Shown: positions 40,481-54,226 of the stretch, one piece after another
Numbering within the stretch: position 1 is the first letter of the stretch
How the letters are laid out: every line of letters begins with the position of its first letter
DNA from: Octopus bimaculoides
Taxonomy: Eukaryota
DNA: 64,000 nt
Reading direction: 5' to 3'
NCBI RefSeq assembly: GCF_001194135.2
Contig: NC_068984.1
Span: forward strand, 56,645,740-56,709,739
Program-made: the position numbers and the translations under genes
The notes under the pieces: generated by a model
What the model saw: the letters and a program-made list of their open reading frames with translations, nothing else
What the model was told of the DNA's origin: nothing
The model's database searches: none

Positions 40481-40882
40481 AGAGGAGGGAAGAGATGGTG
40501 ATGTTTTGGGGCATACCTTCAAATTACAGGGTGGTGAATATAAGTGGCAGAGAAGGTTGGATAATGGGATAGGATAGTTAAGTTTACAAGACTGAGAAAG
40601 GAGAGTGCAAGATAGAGGGGAGGAGAATGCAGTAAGTAGTGAACACAGGTGGAGGAGAGGGGTTAGAAAGTGGAGTTTATTGGAAGAGATTTGATTAGGA
40701 CAGATTGTGTGCAGGGGTATGGACATAAATGACATGCCTTTATAGCCCCACTTTTGCTTAAATGAATGGGTTTAAAATCAACATTAAGGAAAATAAATCT
40801 AATCCAAATAAATGATAAAGAATTTGTGAACCTGTAAATTATTCCAGCACTGGAATCCCCAGATCTCCCCTTGGAAACCTGA

Positions 40883-40964
40883 AATCCCCACTTCAGAAAT
40901 TTCAAGTTTCCATGGGTAGGTAATTGTTATTTGTATCCATCTTGAAATTTCTGAAGTGGGGATT
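40883..40964. repeat. Perfect 24-bp inverted repeat with 34-nt spacer
   Basis: aatccccacttcagaaatttcaag (40883-40906) / cttgaaatttctgaagtggggatt (40941-40964). Confidence 0.95.
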
Positions 40965-41171
40965 GTCAAGGACAATTGGAGTGAACACTCCCTGACTTGG
41001 AAAATCATGTAGAAGTTAGTGACAGGAAGGACATCCAACCTCAGTGATATATATATTTGTTCAATTCATACTAGTATGGTGGGGGAAAAACACACATAAA
41101 GCAAATTAATTAATTAATTAATCACACACACACACACACACTCTCACTTTCTCTTTCTCTCTCTCTCTCTT

Positions 41172-41236
<65 letters not shown>

Positions 41237-41519
41237 CTCTCTCTCTTTCTTTCTCTCTCTCTTTCACTTACAAATACACACACAGACATACACATATACA
41301 AAATACATGCAACACACATATGACAGGCTTCACACAGTTTCTGCTTATTTACCAAATTTCACTCACAAGGCTTTGACATTTTATTTCACATAAAATTTTT
41401 GTAATGTTATTTGAGTATTTAAATTTCCTAAAATTTTCAAAATGAAATCATGATAAGAAAAATCTCTGAGATATTTCTTAGACTAAACATTGAAAAAAAA
41501 TTATCAAGTTTGTTGCTAG

Positions 41520-41601
41520 TTATGACCGAATCACATGTTTCTAAAGCAATAGAAACATTTCTGTGCCCAGGAACATCCAAGTTGCCAAAATTTATCTCAA
41601 G
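41520..41601 (+). other. Candidate host exon (82 nt)
   Basis: Perfect donor CAAG|GTAAGT; weak acceptor; the only open frame (V)MTESHVSKAIETFLCPGTSKLPKFIS is phase-compatible with 37366-37592. Confidence 0.2.
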
Positions 41602-43199
41602 GTAAGTGATACAGACTAGTAATTTTAGATTTCACACAATTTTGGCAAGTTGCATTTTTATATAAGATGCTGGTGCCAAATTCCATTCCCTTGCATCTGT
41701 TTTTGTTCCAGCCATAATAAAGTATTTTTTCTACCTGTAAAACAAAATAAGCTCAGAGCAATGGTGAAGCACCAGAACTAGACTAAAAGATTTATAGTAT
41801 GTACTCTTATCCATTTATGGTATGTTCTACTTTTATGTTTTACTACACCTTACTTAGACTTATATCCCTTTAGGGGATTAATGAAGTAAGTACTAGTCAT
41901 ATACTAGGGTCAATCAATTGTACCCCATTCACCTGCAAAACATGACTTCATGTCAAAAGAAATCAATATTATTTGCATTGTTGCTATGGGGACATATCTA
42001 GTCAAGAAGTTATTTCTTAAGCTAATCACTTTACATGGAATCAAATATAAAGGCAGCTGATGTTGAATTATTCAGAATAATATATTCTTTTCAAATGTAT
42101 ACACATATGCATACACAGACACATGCATAAACATGTAAGGCTATTTGAAATTATGCTAATATTTATTGCTGTCGTTGAAATGATGGTGGTGGTGGTGGTC
42201 CAATAGGAGTGGTAACCTATGGTATAATATTATCTTTCATACTTAAAGGAATAGAAGTCATTACATTGGAGAAAGAGAGAAGAGGAATATTTTTATCATC
42301 TTTTATTGATTGATTGATATCACACCACCCAATGAGTTAACAAATACAACAATACAGAGAAAAATTTATACAAAACTTAAAACAAATTACCATTGGTTAG
42401 AAAAGTATTTAACTTAATTTACAGTCATGCCAAGAACTGAAGTCAAGGCAGAAATAATTAACAAATTAATAAAATATAATTTATTTTTTAACATAATTAA
42501 TATCTCATTTTGTTGTGTCTAGGGAGAGTTACTGTGCCAATATTAATAACACATGCACTGGTTCAATTTCACTCCTTTGTTATTAGCCAATTGGTTAAAT
42601 ATCTATCCCGCTAACTGATCATTTGTTTAATTTGTTGGTTAAAATGTCAATTGTTTTTTTACTTTTCTTTTTTTTTTTCTTTTGTCAAAGTTCTTCTGTT
42701 GCCATTCACAACCCTTTACAGTGATTAATTAGTTGGATGAATATTCGACCAAATGACTAATAATAAAAGAATGGAATTGAACCAGTGTAAATATTATTAA
42801 TATTGGTCTAATGACCCTTCCCAGACACAGCAAAATTTGTTTCAACACATGAATTCACATAAAGAATCTTGCAAGCCAAATACAAAAACAAAATTAATAT
42901 CTCATGCTATTTACAAAATTAATAACTCATTTATGTGATTCTCATTTGTGTGCCAGGTAGTGTGGATGAAACTAGGTAGTGTAGATGACCAAGTTAATAA
43001 AGACATTGGACAATCATGCAGATGGTCATTGTCACTGCATTTCATGTGTGGCTAAAACAATTTTCAATGACCACATCCACCAAGCCTTAAGTAAGTGTCA
43101 CTATGTGGTATAATTCACCACAGTAAGCAGTATTTTAATAACTGACTGGTGATCTATTGGCTTCAGTCATATCTATAAATTGATCTACTGAGAGAGCCA

Positions 43200-43415
43200 T
43201 TGGTTGTTACTTACACCCAATAAACAGCTTTCTTTTATAAGGAAAGATATGTTTCTCATCTGCTTAATAACAGAAATTGGAGAAGGGCACTGGTCTAGTA
43301 AATCCTGTAGATCTGATGACAAAATAGCAGCAAGATCTTCTTGAAAACACCAACCCATGCCAGCATGGAAAACGGACGTTAAACGATTTTGATGATGATG
43401 ATGATGATGATGATG
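43200..43415 (+). mobile_element. Retroposon 3' end with the shared ccaacccatgccagcatggaaaacggacgttaaacg tail and (GAT)n
   Basis: Same terminal ~40 bp as the RTE copies but a different upstream body. Confidence 0.65.
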
Positions 43416-43612
43416 GTGCATTAGACATGTACCATAAAAAAGATGAACTGGTCATGATTTTGATCAAACATCATCTCAATGCAGGGTGAGTTGGGTTCAA
43501 ACAACATAAAAGAGGAATGTAGTTTATTTCAAGCTACTGAAATAAACTACATTCTGATGTTAAAATAAACAAATTTGAACTAATTCATATTAATTTTTAT
43601 CAGTTTTTTATT

Positions 43613-43982
43613 GGCACAGGAGTGGCTGTGTGGTAAGTAGCTTGTTTACAAACTACATGGTTCCGAGTTCAGTCTCACTTCATGGCACCTTGGGCAAGCG
43701 TCTTCTACTATAGCCTTGAATCAACGAAAGCCTTGTGAGTGGATTTGGTAGATGGAATCTGAAAGAAGCCTGTCATATATATATGTTTGTGTGTCTGTGT
43801 TTGTCCTCCCACCATCGCTTGACAACCAATGTTGGTGTGTTTACATCCCCATAATTTAGTGGTTCAGCAAAAGCGACTGATAGAATAAGTACTAGGCTTA
43901 CAAAGAATAAATCCTGGGGTTGATTTGTTTGACTAAAGGCATGGCCACAGTCAAATGACTGAAACAAATAAAAGAATAAAAG
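43613..43982 (+). mobile_element. tRNA-derived SINE family 1, near full length
   Basis: Head ggcacaggagtggctgtgtggtaag (A-box-like) and ggttccgagttcagtc (B-box-like); A-rich tail aaataaaagaataaa; reverse copy at 47080-47465. Confidence 0.85.
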
Positions 43983-45327
43983 TTATATTGAAGACCTCCA
44001 CATAATAACTTGAAATATCTTTTCCATACACAGATATTTAATATTAGTTATAGTCTCTTTTGCATTACTAGAAATATTAAGTAGTATGACTTATCCAGTA
44101 CTTGTATTTGACAGTAATATTCTCAAACACTTACCAAATGATACCAGAAAGTTACAGGCCTTCTATCCAATATTTTTTCTTTTTTTTTTCTTTTTTGTAG
44201 TGGTAGGGTTTTTTTCCTTCCTGTATATCAGTTTTCAGGATCTTCTACATTGTTATCTTTGGTGCATCAATTATTTTTTAAGGGCAGGATGTGTCAAGCC
44301 AGATGTAGTTTGCGTTGTCGCAATTCTGGTGATCTGATTCTCAGTAGAATTTCCACATTCGTACTATGACTGCAACAAGTGACATAAATAATTGGTATCT
44401 TAATTTTCTGCTTGGGATTAAAAAGTTTCCAGGGAACTAAGAAAATTGTGTTTTCAAGAAGCCACAGGAACTGACTAATAAAAGCAAGCTATTATTTAGT
44501 TTAGGAACCTTTAATAAGTGAATGAGATTACTCTTCTGTTGGGAAAGATATTAGTTATCATTAATAATATTTCCAAATTATTTGGTGCTATTGCTCACAA
44601 CTAGCTAGGTAAACATATACATATAGAATTAAATTCACTCATGTTAATTTTTGTTTTATTATTCAGTAAAACCTTGCTTAATTCTCTGTCTTTCTGAATC
44701 ACTGTATCTGTTGCTTAACTAGTGCCTACTGTATCTGTTGCTAAATTAGGGTCTACTGAAGCCAATAATGCAGTTATTAGTTGATATTGTTGCACAGATG
44801 ATATTCATTAAGGAATAAATAATTTAAGTACAAATCTAGATGCCTATAGCTGAATGAGTAAAAAACGTTTAAAATATTATTGAAATGTGCAAGTGCAACT
44901 GAACATTTGCTTAATAAAAGCTATCTTCAAAAAAGAAATAATGAAATTTTAATGAGGTAAAATGGTGTGCCTTAAAAAGCAAGTCAGCAACAATTTCTCT
45001 CTCCTGACCTTTGTTGTTCATGTTATATGCATTAACTACTCAAAATAAGTATTGATTTTACTTCAAGATAAAATTACTAAATTAATACTGAATTTTAATT
45101 AGTTTTCTTTGATCAAATGTTCATCATATTAATACATGGACAATACATTGCAGCTATAATATTAGAAAATGTTTTGGAGTATTGTTACTTTGATTAAAGC
45201 ACTTATTACAGCTAAAAAGGTTAGTGAGGCTCTTTAAAAGTACATCAAAAATACGATTCTAGCTATGTTTCCCAATTTTTTCCAGTTTACCATATTGTTA
45301 GTTTTAATTCATAGCATTACTTAGTAA

Positions 45328-45745
45328 ATCATTGTCATCGTGTATTGTCCACTTTCCATGCTGGCATGGGTTGCACGGTTTGACATGGAGCTGGCTAAGT
45401 GAGAGCTGTCTAGACTCCAGCTGTCTGTTGAGGCATGGTTTCTACAGCTGGATGCCCCTCCTAACGTCAACCACTTAACAGAGTGTGTTGGGTGCATTTT
45501 ATGTGCCACCAGCATGGATGCATTTATGCAGCATTGGCACAGGTGCGTTAACACAGCACCAGCATGGAAGCTTTTTAAGTGGCACCAACACCTGAAAGGA
45601 CAAGCCTGTATGTATGGAAGACAACAATTTTATTTAGCTTGACGTGTCTTATGAAGTACAGCAGATCATCACATCTCCCGGTCCCTTGTCATTTCTTCAG
45701 TGAAACCTAGCATCCAAAGATCCTTTCTCCCCACTTTGTCCTATA
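45328..45745 (-). mobile_element. SINE/LINE 3' end (40096-type)
   Basis: ccactttccatgctggcatgggttgcacggtttgaca..ctacagctggatgcccct. Confidence 0.7.
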
Positions 45746-47079
45746 TCTTCCCTTCCACAGGTACCCTCCACAATTAGAGCTTGGTACTTCTTTCATGAAA
45801 TATCAGGAGCCTCTGTAGCTTGCTCAACTGGTTAGAAATAGCAGCTAAATAGTCATGAAATCACACCCTATGATCTTACAAAAAGGAAAGACACATTAGA
45901 TAATGCAGTCCTAGATTTACTATGCCTGAAAAAAAATACAGGATGGCTTTGGCTGAAACCACTTTGTTCATAGTTATGCTCAATCAAAGCAGGTGTAGAG
46001 TTAACGAACATTACCATAAACACTGCTCTGTGGCATTACCTAGGAGAATAGGTCACAAAATATTATAAAATAACATAAAAAGAGGAGCTAATAACTCCTA
46101 CACACCTTTAGGAATGTTTTTATTCACAAAGCTGGCATAAACAATCTGAATACCAGGTTTTGAAACTATTGATTATAGCAGTTTGGTAGTGTAAAACCAC
46201 AGTGTGTAGCCAACCAGCTTTTATTGTTATATTATTTCTATTAGATCTGTAATTAAAGGACATCTACCCTTTGAACTGGACTGTTTTTGTTGATATTTTC
46301 GTTTTGTTTGGCGTCAAACATATCTCTTCTATCACACACACATCTTCCAATTTTAAGTGTATGATGATGATGATGATAATCCTCATTAGTGTTATTACCA
46401 TCATCAAGTTGTTTTAATTAGGTGAACGTGTTGCTACAACATATTTCCACTTGTCTTGTTTGAGAAGCCCTGAATCCTACATTCAGAGCTGACATATGCA
46501 AAGAACTGTGGCACTGTAAAGTTCTATCAACAATACCTAGGCTTGATGCAAGATAATGAAGTTTATAACATTAACCCAAAAATTAAAATTAAACTTCTAA
46601 ACATTCTAAAAAATATAAAAAAGGAAGGAAGTAGGGATGTCATACAATCAGAAGATATATGACTTGTGGTGTAAAACTTTTTTTGTTGTAAATATGTATA
46701 TGGAGCTATAAGTTTGTCTTGAGGTTTGACATATAAATAGAAAAAGATACAAAAATTATCTAAACAGCTAAAACATTTTATGATGCATACTAATTATTTT
46801 ATCTCTGGCATGAAGCACAGGGCAGTTGGAAGGGAAAGAGACAATTTGTGCAATGGTTGTTAAGTGAGTAATATTCGGTGGATATAAATTTGTTAATTTT
46901 GTCAGCTTTGATGAATACTGAGTGGTTGATGATTCTTTTGTTTCAATTTGAAGTAAGTTTCTTTTGGGTAGATACAGTGATATATGACTAAATTGATTTA
47001 ATTCCCTTTGGAAGATAATTAAAAAGTAAGACAGTTTTTTTTTTATAAAAGTGCTGTTTCAATAATATTATCTTTTATC

Positions 47080-47465
47080 TTTTACTTGCTTCAGTCATTA
47101 GACTATGGCCATACTGGGGCATTGCCTTGAAGTATTTTTAGTTGAATGACATGATCCCCATACATATCTTTTTTTTAAAGCCTGGTACTTATTCTGTCAG
47201 TCTCTTTTATTGAACCACTAAGTTACAGAGATGTAAACACAACAACAAAAGTTGTCAAATGGTGGTGGAGGACATTCTCAGACACAAACACACATGCACA
47301 CACATGATGGACTTCTTTCTGTTTCTGTCTATCAAATTCACTCACAAGGCTTTGGTCTGCTTGAAGCTATAGTTGAAGACACTTGGCCAAGGTGCCACAC
47401 AGTGGGACTGAACCCAGAACATGTGGTTGGGAAACAAGCTTCTTACCACACTACCACACCTGCAC
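47080..47465 (-). mobile_element. SINE family 1 copy
   Basis: Reverse complement of 43613-43982 along its length. Confidence 0.8.
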
Positions 47466-50400
47466 CTATGAGCCATACCTCTACCTATCAGGTAATAACA
47501 GTGAGTGAAATGTAAAAATTTTGGAGCTCTGTGTCAAATATCTTACTATATTATCATCCATCTACATTATGAATTCAAATCCTATTGGCATTTATTTTGT
47601 CTTTATTCATTTTGAAGTTATATGTCATTATCTGAGCCAAAGCTAGCTCTGATCAAGCTGGCTTATCATCAAAAGTGTTCCAGTCATGACCATCCCATAT
47701 TTTTTACAAAGACATTGTATATATATATAGCACTGCATTATCCAATGTATCCTTCATTTTCTTAATGTCCTTGATTGTTATTAGTAGGAGAGTTGACTAT
47801 TTTTGTAGCAGGTCAAGCAATTGTATTCAGAGTTGATAAAAAAAAAAGAACAGAAATGATTGTGAATCACAAAAATTCCCTTAAAGTCATTACCCCTTTT
47901 TGTTTTGATTTTGAATCTTACTTAGAAGTCTGGATTTTCCTTGTTATTAGAAGAGTTTATCTCATGCCTAGTTACCCCTTTCTCTTATCTTCAATAACGC
48001 TCTCTCTTCTCACTTCTCTAACATTTTCTCACTACACAAGACGAAGAGTATGTTTCCACTATTAATATGTTGTTGGTTAGATGCTGCAAAGACATGGTTA
48101 CACAGACACATTATTACTATCACATATACATAGTAAACTGAGAATGTACTGCCATGCGCATGCACGTACACATTAATGTCTGTCACACAGGTACACACAC
48201 ACAGACACACACAATTGAAGACATATGCATATTATACACATGCACACAATAATGTATCAGACACATACAAACACACACTCATAATGGTCAAATTAAAACT
48301 TTTTATTGACAATGCCTCTTATAAGCACATACCCCATATTCATGAACAATGTCTCATACAACACAAGATTGTTTTATGTTAAATATGTTACATTTCGTAT
48401 TATTGTTTTTATGAACATTTAGAACTATTTGTCATATTTAACTGTTTGTGTCTCATCTTAACAGCTTGTTGCTGTAGCTGCACAGAACAAAGGCTCTGTT
48501 AAGATTATTGTGAACATAATTCACTTAATCTTCTTTAAAAAGAATAAAACTGATTCTTGAATTTTGCTTCTAAATTTTATTAATTCCCAAACAGTAATTT
48601 TTACACCTGTTAAAATATGATATGGCAGAGTAAAATGAATAGAGGCTTTGCAGGATCTTTTTATTAGGCTATGAAGCTGTACTATGGCTCACTAGTAACA
48701 TCTACTGGCACACAGCCTATCGGCCAGAGACAACCATAAGCACATTTTTTTGGAACATAATAAATTACCTGATTGTTACCTTATTGACACCTGAGCAGAA
48801 GTAATAAGGTTCAATCTGAACAATAAGAGACTAATATCAAAAGACTACATTACTATTTCTAATGTAAGGATGATATGTTGTCAAGGAAAATCAACATCAA
48901 GGTGGGATCAATCCACAAATCTTGACTTTACACTGCAGTCTCGATCTTGTTATCAATAAACTGTCCTAGCTTTCATTTAAAAGTATTGATATTTTGTGTG
49001 GCTTTGATATCATTAGGCTTTGATATCATCATCTAATTCAGTGTACAGCTGTGTTGTGAAAATATTAGCTATATTCTGATGTAAAGTCATTTATTTATAC
49101 TCATATTCCATTTCAAAAGGGCCTTACATATAGAAAGAGTCATTTTCTTATTTTCTTCCTCTGATGGAACCAAGGATGTTTCTAATTTATATCAGAAATG
49201 TCACTGAGAAATGCATAATTATCACAACTCTCATTCTCCCTATATATCTGCAGTTTGGTAGATAAACATCTACCTCATAATTACTATTGGTAATAGAAGT
49301 GATGGTCGTGGTGATGGTTGTAATTATTAAAGGAAAGTTAGTGATCTGCAAAGTAATTTGAGCAATGAAATCTGAAAGATCTCAATTTATTTTATTATTA
49401 TACTTCGTGTTACTGATCATTTTGCTGGTCCAAACTTAATTACCGTCCTAAGAATCAATACCTTGAGTGTTTTTTCCTGACATACTCCACACAACCAAAT
49501 AGTAAGACATAGATCTTGCTGAATATAGATTAGTAAGACTGAATCTGAGACTTTATTAGACAGTTGGAGAGAAGTTATCCACATGTGTTATTGAGCTAAT
49601 GAGGACCCTGTTGCTTAACTTAGTAAAAAATGGTGGCTATAATTCCCTCAAATTACACTCCACTGCTTGATCAGTGTAGACTAAGCAATAACATGTTATC
49701 ATTCTTTATCAAAAGCAGCCAGTAAGTTGCCAAATCTAGTATTTCATAAAAATCATCAGCCTCTTCATATGAGTCCAGCCACGTTGTAACATTATAATAT
49801 GTTATGTTTAATATTCCATTATGACACTTTGAATTTCAATTCAAATACTTATAAGACATATTTTACCTAACATATTTAATTTGTTTTGGTACAAAATCTG
49901 CTTTAGACAGCCCCTGTATTATGATACAAAAGCATCTGTTTTAAATTTAAATTGTATGTAAGGATGTCTTAATTGAGTAATATTTCAAACACCAACTTAA
50001 TAATGGTGAAGCCAGTTGTTTTAGTAACTAACTAAAATCTTGACTATTTAAAAGATAAATTGAAACTCAAGTAATTTCTACAGAAATGTGGTCACAAAAC
50101 ATTTAATACACTATTTTACTTAGTTGATAGACAGTTACATCAAAATAACACTAGGTAAGTAAAAGTATATATCTAGTTTTTGGATAGTTTCCCTGTTCAC
50201 ATTGGATGGAATAGTCAACTGGCACTAGTATTTGCATAAAATTCGGAGGACTAATTTTGTTTATGTTACCATTCTCATTGCTATAGTGCTATGTTTCTGT
50301 TACCAAAATTGCTATTTAATACTGACAACAGGGAAGTTTTAAATATACTAAGAATTCAAACTGTGGACAGAACTGAAATGATGGCTTTACAGCAGACATT

Positions 50401-51282
50401 TATGAGAAGGGGCTTCCAAGGCCCCTCACATAATTTGAGTATCAAAGCTAAATAGTGAATGAAGGAGCCTCTATGTAGTTTCCTATAGAAATACTAAGAG
50501 GTTTTTTTCTCCCATCATTATCTGGTTAAAAAGTAAGTCAAAATAAGGCACACTGTTTGTAAATTCCTGTTCACTTTAACACTAGTTAGGAATTATAGAA
50601 TTATACTGCTAAGTACAACACTAATCCATAACTAAATCTACTGACTTGTGGATCTGTTTTGAACAGAACATGATTGAATTACTATACAAATATTGATTCT
50701 TTACTTTGGCATAAGGCCACAATTTCACAAGGGAGAAAAATGTGGTGGTATAATCTTCATAACTTCCTCAAGGAAATGTAAATGATATGAATTGGCTTGC
50801 CAAGATCTTGAATCTTACTTTACAAAACAGATATTAGAATAAAGCTTTCTTTAATAGTTATTTATACTTAGTATGTTACAATTTGATCTGTTATTTAATA
50901 TTCTTCACTTAATTAGGACTCTACCTTTTGTATATTAATTTCATCTAATACAGCTTTACAAAATAATCTATTATTAATCGTATTTGGATAAAGCAGGCAC
51001 TGGATATTAACAACTTGTAGAATACGCTTTATATTACAACAGTTTAACAAATCTGATATAACCATCTTATTCAATATTGACATCTTTTAGAATTGCCAAC
51101 AGTATTTCATACAACCTGTACAATCCTATAACACATACCCACCTCTTCCCATTATGGTCTCTGGAATCTAATTGTGGCCTCTGAAACCTAGTTGTGGAAA
51201 TTGTTATTTATTGAGCTACAAGACTTCTTTAAATGATAATAGAAATAATTTCTCAAACTAGTTTACTTATGTATTATATTTG

Positions 51283-51510
51283 CTTGCTTCATGGGGCTGG
51301 GGCTATCCCAGGTTAATGATCCCAGAGGTGTCATCATGCATAGGGCCAACCAGGTCCACCAGTGCTCTCTATCACCGGTGGTTCCAGGCCAGCCCCCCTG
51401 CATCCTTCAAGGTGACATTGAGCCTCTAGAGACCTTCCCCACTCATGCCCAGTCATCTAGTGTGGGGCCAGCCATGAGGTCTCTTCCAGCCTGCAGCTGC
51501 TGCATTGAAT
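51283..51510 (-). mobile_element. RTE-clade LINE extreme 3' end, a different family with a (GCAA)n-like tail
   Basis: Minus strand WKRPHGWPHTR*L..GL*RLNVTLKDAGGLAWNHR**RALV matches the RTE WKRPRGRPRTRW..D..L..A..LA..R..WR.LV pattern; ends gcaagcaa. Confidence 0.65.
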
Positions 51511-51769
51511 GTGAGTAAAGCCCTGGTAGGAGACTAATGTATATATTTACCAGAAATATATTATATACAAATACAAGTATATAGATGAGAAATGTATTAT
51601 ATATAAATTCCAGAATATTTTATAAAAATATATAAATACCAGAATATAAATACCACAGAGTGGTACCTCAAGCAAGTGCTTTCTGGCTGTAGTTCTGTGT
51701 ATCTTGTGAGTGAATTTGGTTGGGGGAATCTGTGTAGAAGACTTTCATGTGGTGTGTGTGTAACTGTTA

Positions 51770-52004
51770 ACTGGTTGGCATTCAGCTGTAAAAATCATGC
51801 CAAAACTGACCTTGCCTGTGCTTGTACTATGTAAAATGCATTCAGTCCACTCTGTGGGGTGGTTGGTGTTAGGAAGGGCATCCAGCCATAAAAGCCATGC
51901 CAAAGCAGACACAAAAGTCTGGTTGTAGTCTTCTGCTTGGCCAACTCCTGTCAAACCATCCAACCCATGCCAGCATGGAAAATGGACATTAAACGATGAT
52001 GATG
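51770..52004 (+). mobile_element. SINE/LINE 3' end with (GAT)n tail
   Basis: ggtgttaggaagggcatccagcc..ccaacccatgccagcatggaaaatggacattaaacgatgatgatg. Confidence 0.8.
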
Positions 52005-52606
52005 TGCTTGTTTCTGTAACTTAGGAGTTCATCAAAAAATAAAAACAACAAAAAAGAAAGAAAAAGACCTATGGAATAAGTACCAAACTCAAAAAGTAAG
52101 TATTGCTGTTGATTTGATTGATTAAACACTTCAAGGAACTATACCCAGCACAACCACTGTTTAATGATTGAAGCAAGTAGAAAAATATACTAAAAAAGTA
52201 CTAGAATATACATAAGAAAATATATCATATATAAAAAGCAGTATATATTCCAAAAGTATATTTACTATAAATATATATGTCAATATCAGTAATATATTGC
52301 ATATAAATACCATGACAGATACCAGAAATATATATGAATATTAGAATATACACTAGAAACATATGTATAAACACCAGGATAGATACCAGAAATATATATA
52401 GATATCACAAGACATACCAGATGTATATTTAGTAGTAATATACATCAAGGAGGAGAGATCATGAAACATAGCAAACATAATATATTGATTTAAAGAATAA
52501 ATGTAGATTAAAATATTATTAATCAGCTAACCTCCTCATTCTTTTTCCACATCAATAATCACCTGATGTAATGGAGTCTGTGACTTTCAATATTCTGAGA
52601 GAGAGT

Positions 52607-52642
<36 letters not shown>

Positions 52643-53720
52643 TTCAGTGTCATTATATCTGCATATCTGTAGTTCAACTATGAAGTCATTGTCCATCTTT
52701 AGTTTTAACAAATCTTCAATACTAAGTAGATTACAAAGGAAAACACATGCCATGTCAGGAAGATGTGTCCATATATCATACCACAAAATTTTAAATGAAA
52801 ATCTATGTTCAGAAGTGAGCCAGTCAAGTTTTGTATAGGAAAATTTAACATTCTTATTACTGTACATTCTGAATATAAGATAGACTACAGTTTTCTGAAT
52901 AATATTTCCTTACTCAAATTACTGATGTTAATAAACAGACTTATACATATCTATTCTGAAACTCATCAAGACATGAATATGAAATGCATCTGAGACAGAG
53001 ACAAGAATTTATAAATGCTTGTTATTTTCTTGAGCTGTGCCTCTTCTGTATTATTGTATTTAGTCTCTTATTGTTTTGTATTAGAAAACTGAAGATTTTC
53101 TACTTTTCAATACTCAAACATGCCTTTACACAACTCTACCATTTTAACAGCAAATCTAATTGTTCTTATTGATTAACAAATAAAGGCCCTTCCTGGGAGC
53201 TCCTAGTTAATATATTTTTAATACTTTTTCTTATTAGAAAGTTAAATGACAATATATATTTAGCTAACTTCATTTAGAAGCTGTTCATTGTTCTATGTTA
53301 ATAATCACTAAATTTAAGACTACTTTATTATCTATTTCCTATTTGTCAATCTTGTTGCCTTCCATATCTTCAAAGTTTATCACTCTTTTTCTATTTTACT
53401 TTATGTATGGTTTCAAATATACCAGCATTGAATTCTATCATGTTCTGATGATCCTCTTCCTTGAAAAAGTAGACCTAAATTATTTTGTAAGTTATATTTA
53501 CCTTTGCCAGTTCTTGTGTCAGTGGTAAGTATTGATTTTTGAGCAATGGATTTTTCATCCATGCTACAAGATATCATCACCTGAACAAACACAAAGCTTT
53601 AGAATTTATATCACCTGAATAAATATTCAGGGCATTGTCTTGTGAAAGAACCAGCCAGTTCAATGACAGACTTTAGAAACATTTCAATAATAATAATGAT
53701 AATAATAATAATAATAATAA

Positions 53721-54182
53721 CTAGCAGGGACCTGTTGAATTTCCATGAATTGATTAATAGAATGTTGAGTAAATAATAAACTTTTCTAAATATATGTATG
53801 TATGAAAATAACGCATTGAAGAAAGGAGTAATTAAAATCTCTACATATATAATAGAATGAGATATTTAGGCAGCAAATACTAAAATTGCATATATTTGTA
53901 CTGTTCTATTTACAAATACATAAAGTTTAGCTATTAATTCTATCCTTTTTTAACAAACAATACTCATAGGCTGGGAAAATAAACAACAGACAGTGATATT
54001 TGGGAGTATCCACCATGTGTGCAAAAATTACCAATGCCAATCAATCCATGATACTCTCCCCTCCCAACATATAGCCATGCCAGTTTGCTCCAATATGAAT
54101 ACAGAAAACAATAGACCTATATAATACATGCCACATATAAGTAATTTCCTCTTTTGAAAGATATTCATTTAATTTCTATATA

Positions 54183-54226
<44 letters not shown>

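Noticed and set aside
43613-43700. tRNA gene-like A/B boxes in SINE heads
   Set aside because: No cloverleaf; they continue into SINE bodies, so they are SINE promoters and not tRNA genes.
51535-52450. Degenerate ataccagaaatatat minisatellite-like tracts
   Set aside because: Low-complexity AT-rich repeats with no consistent period or structure.
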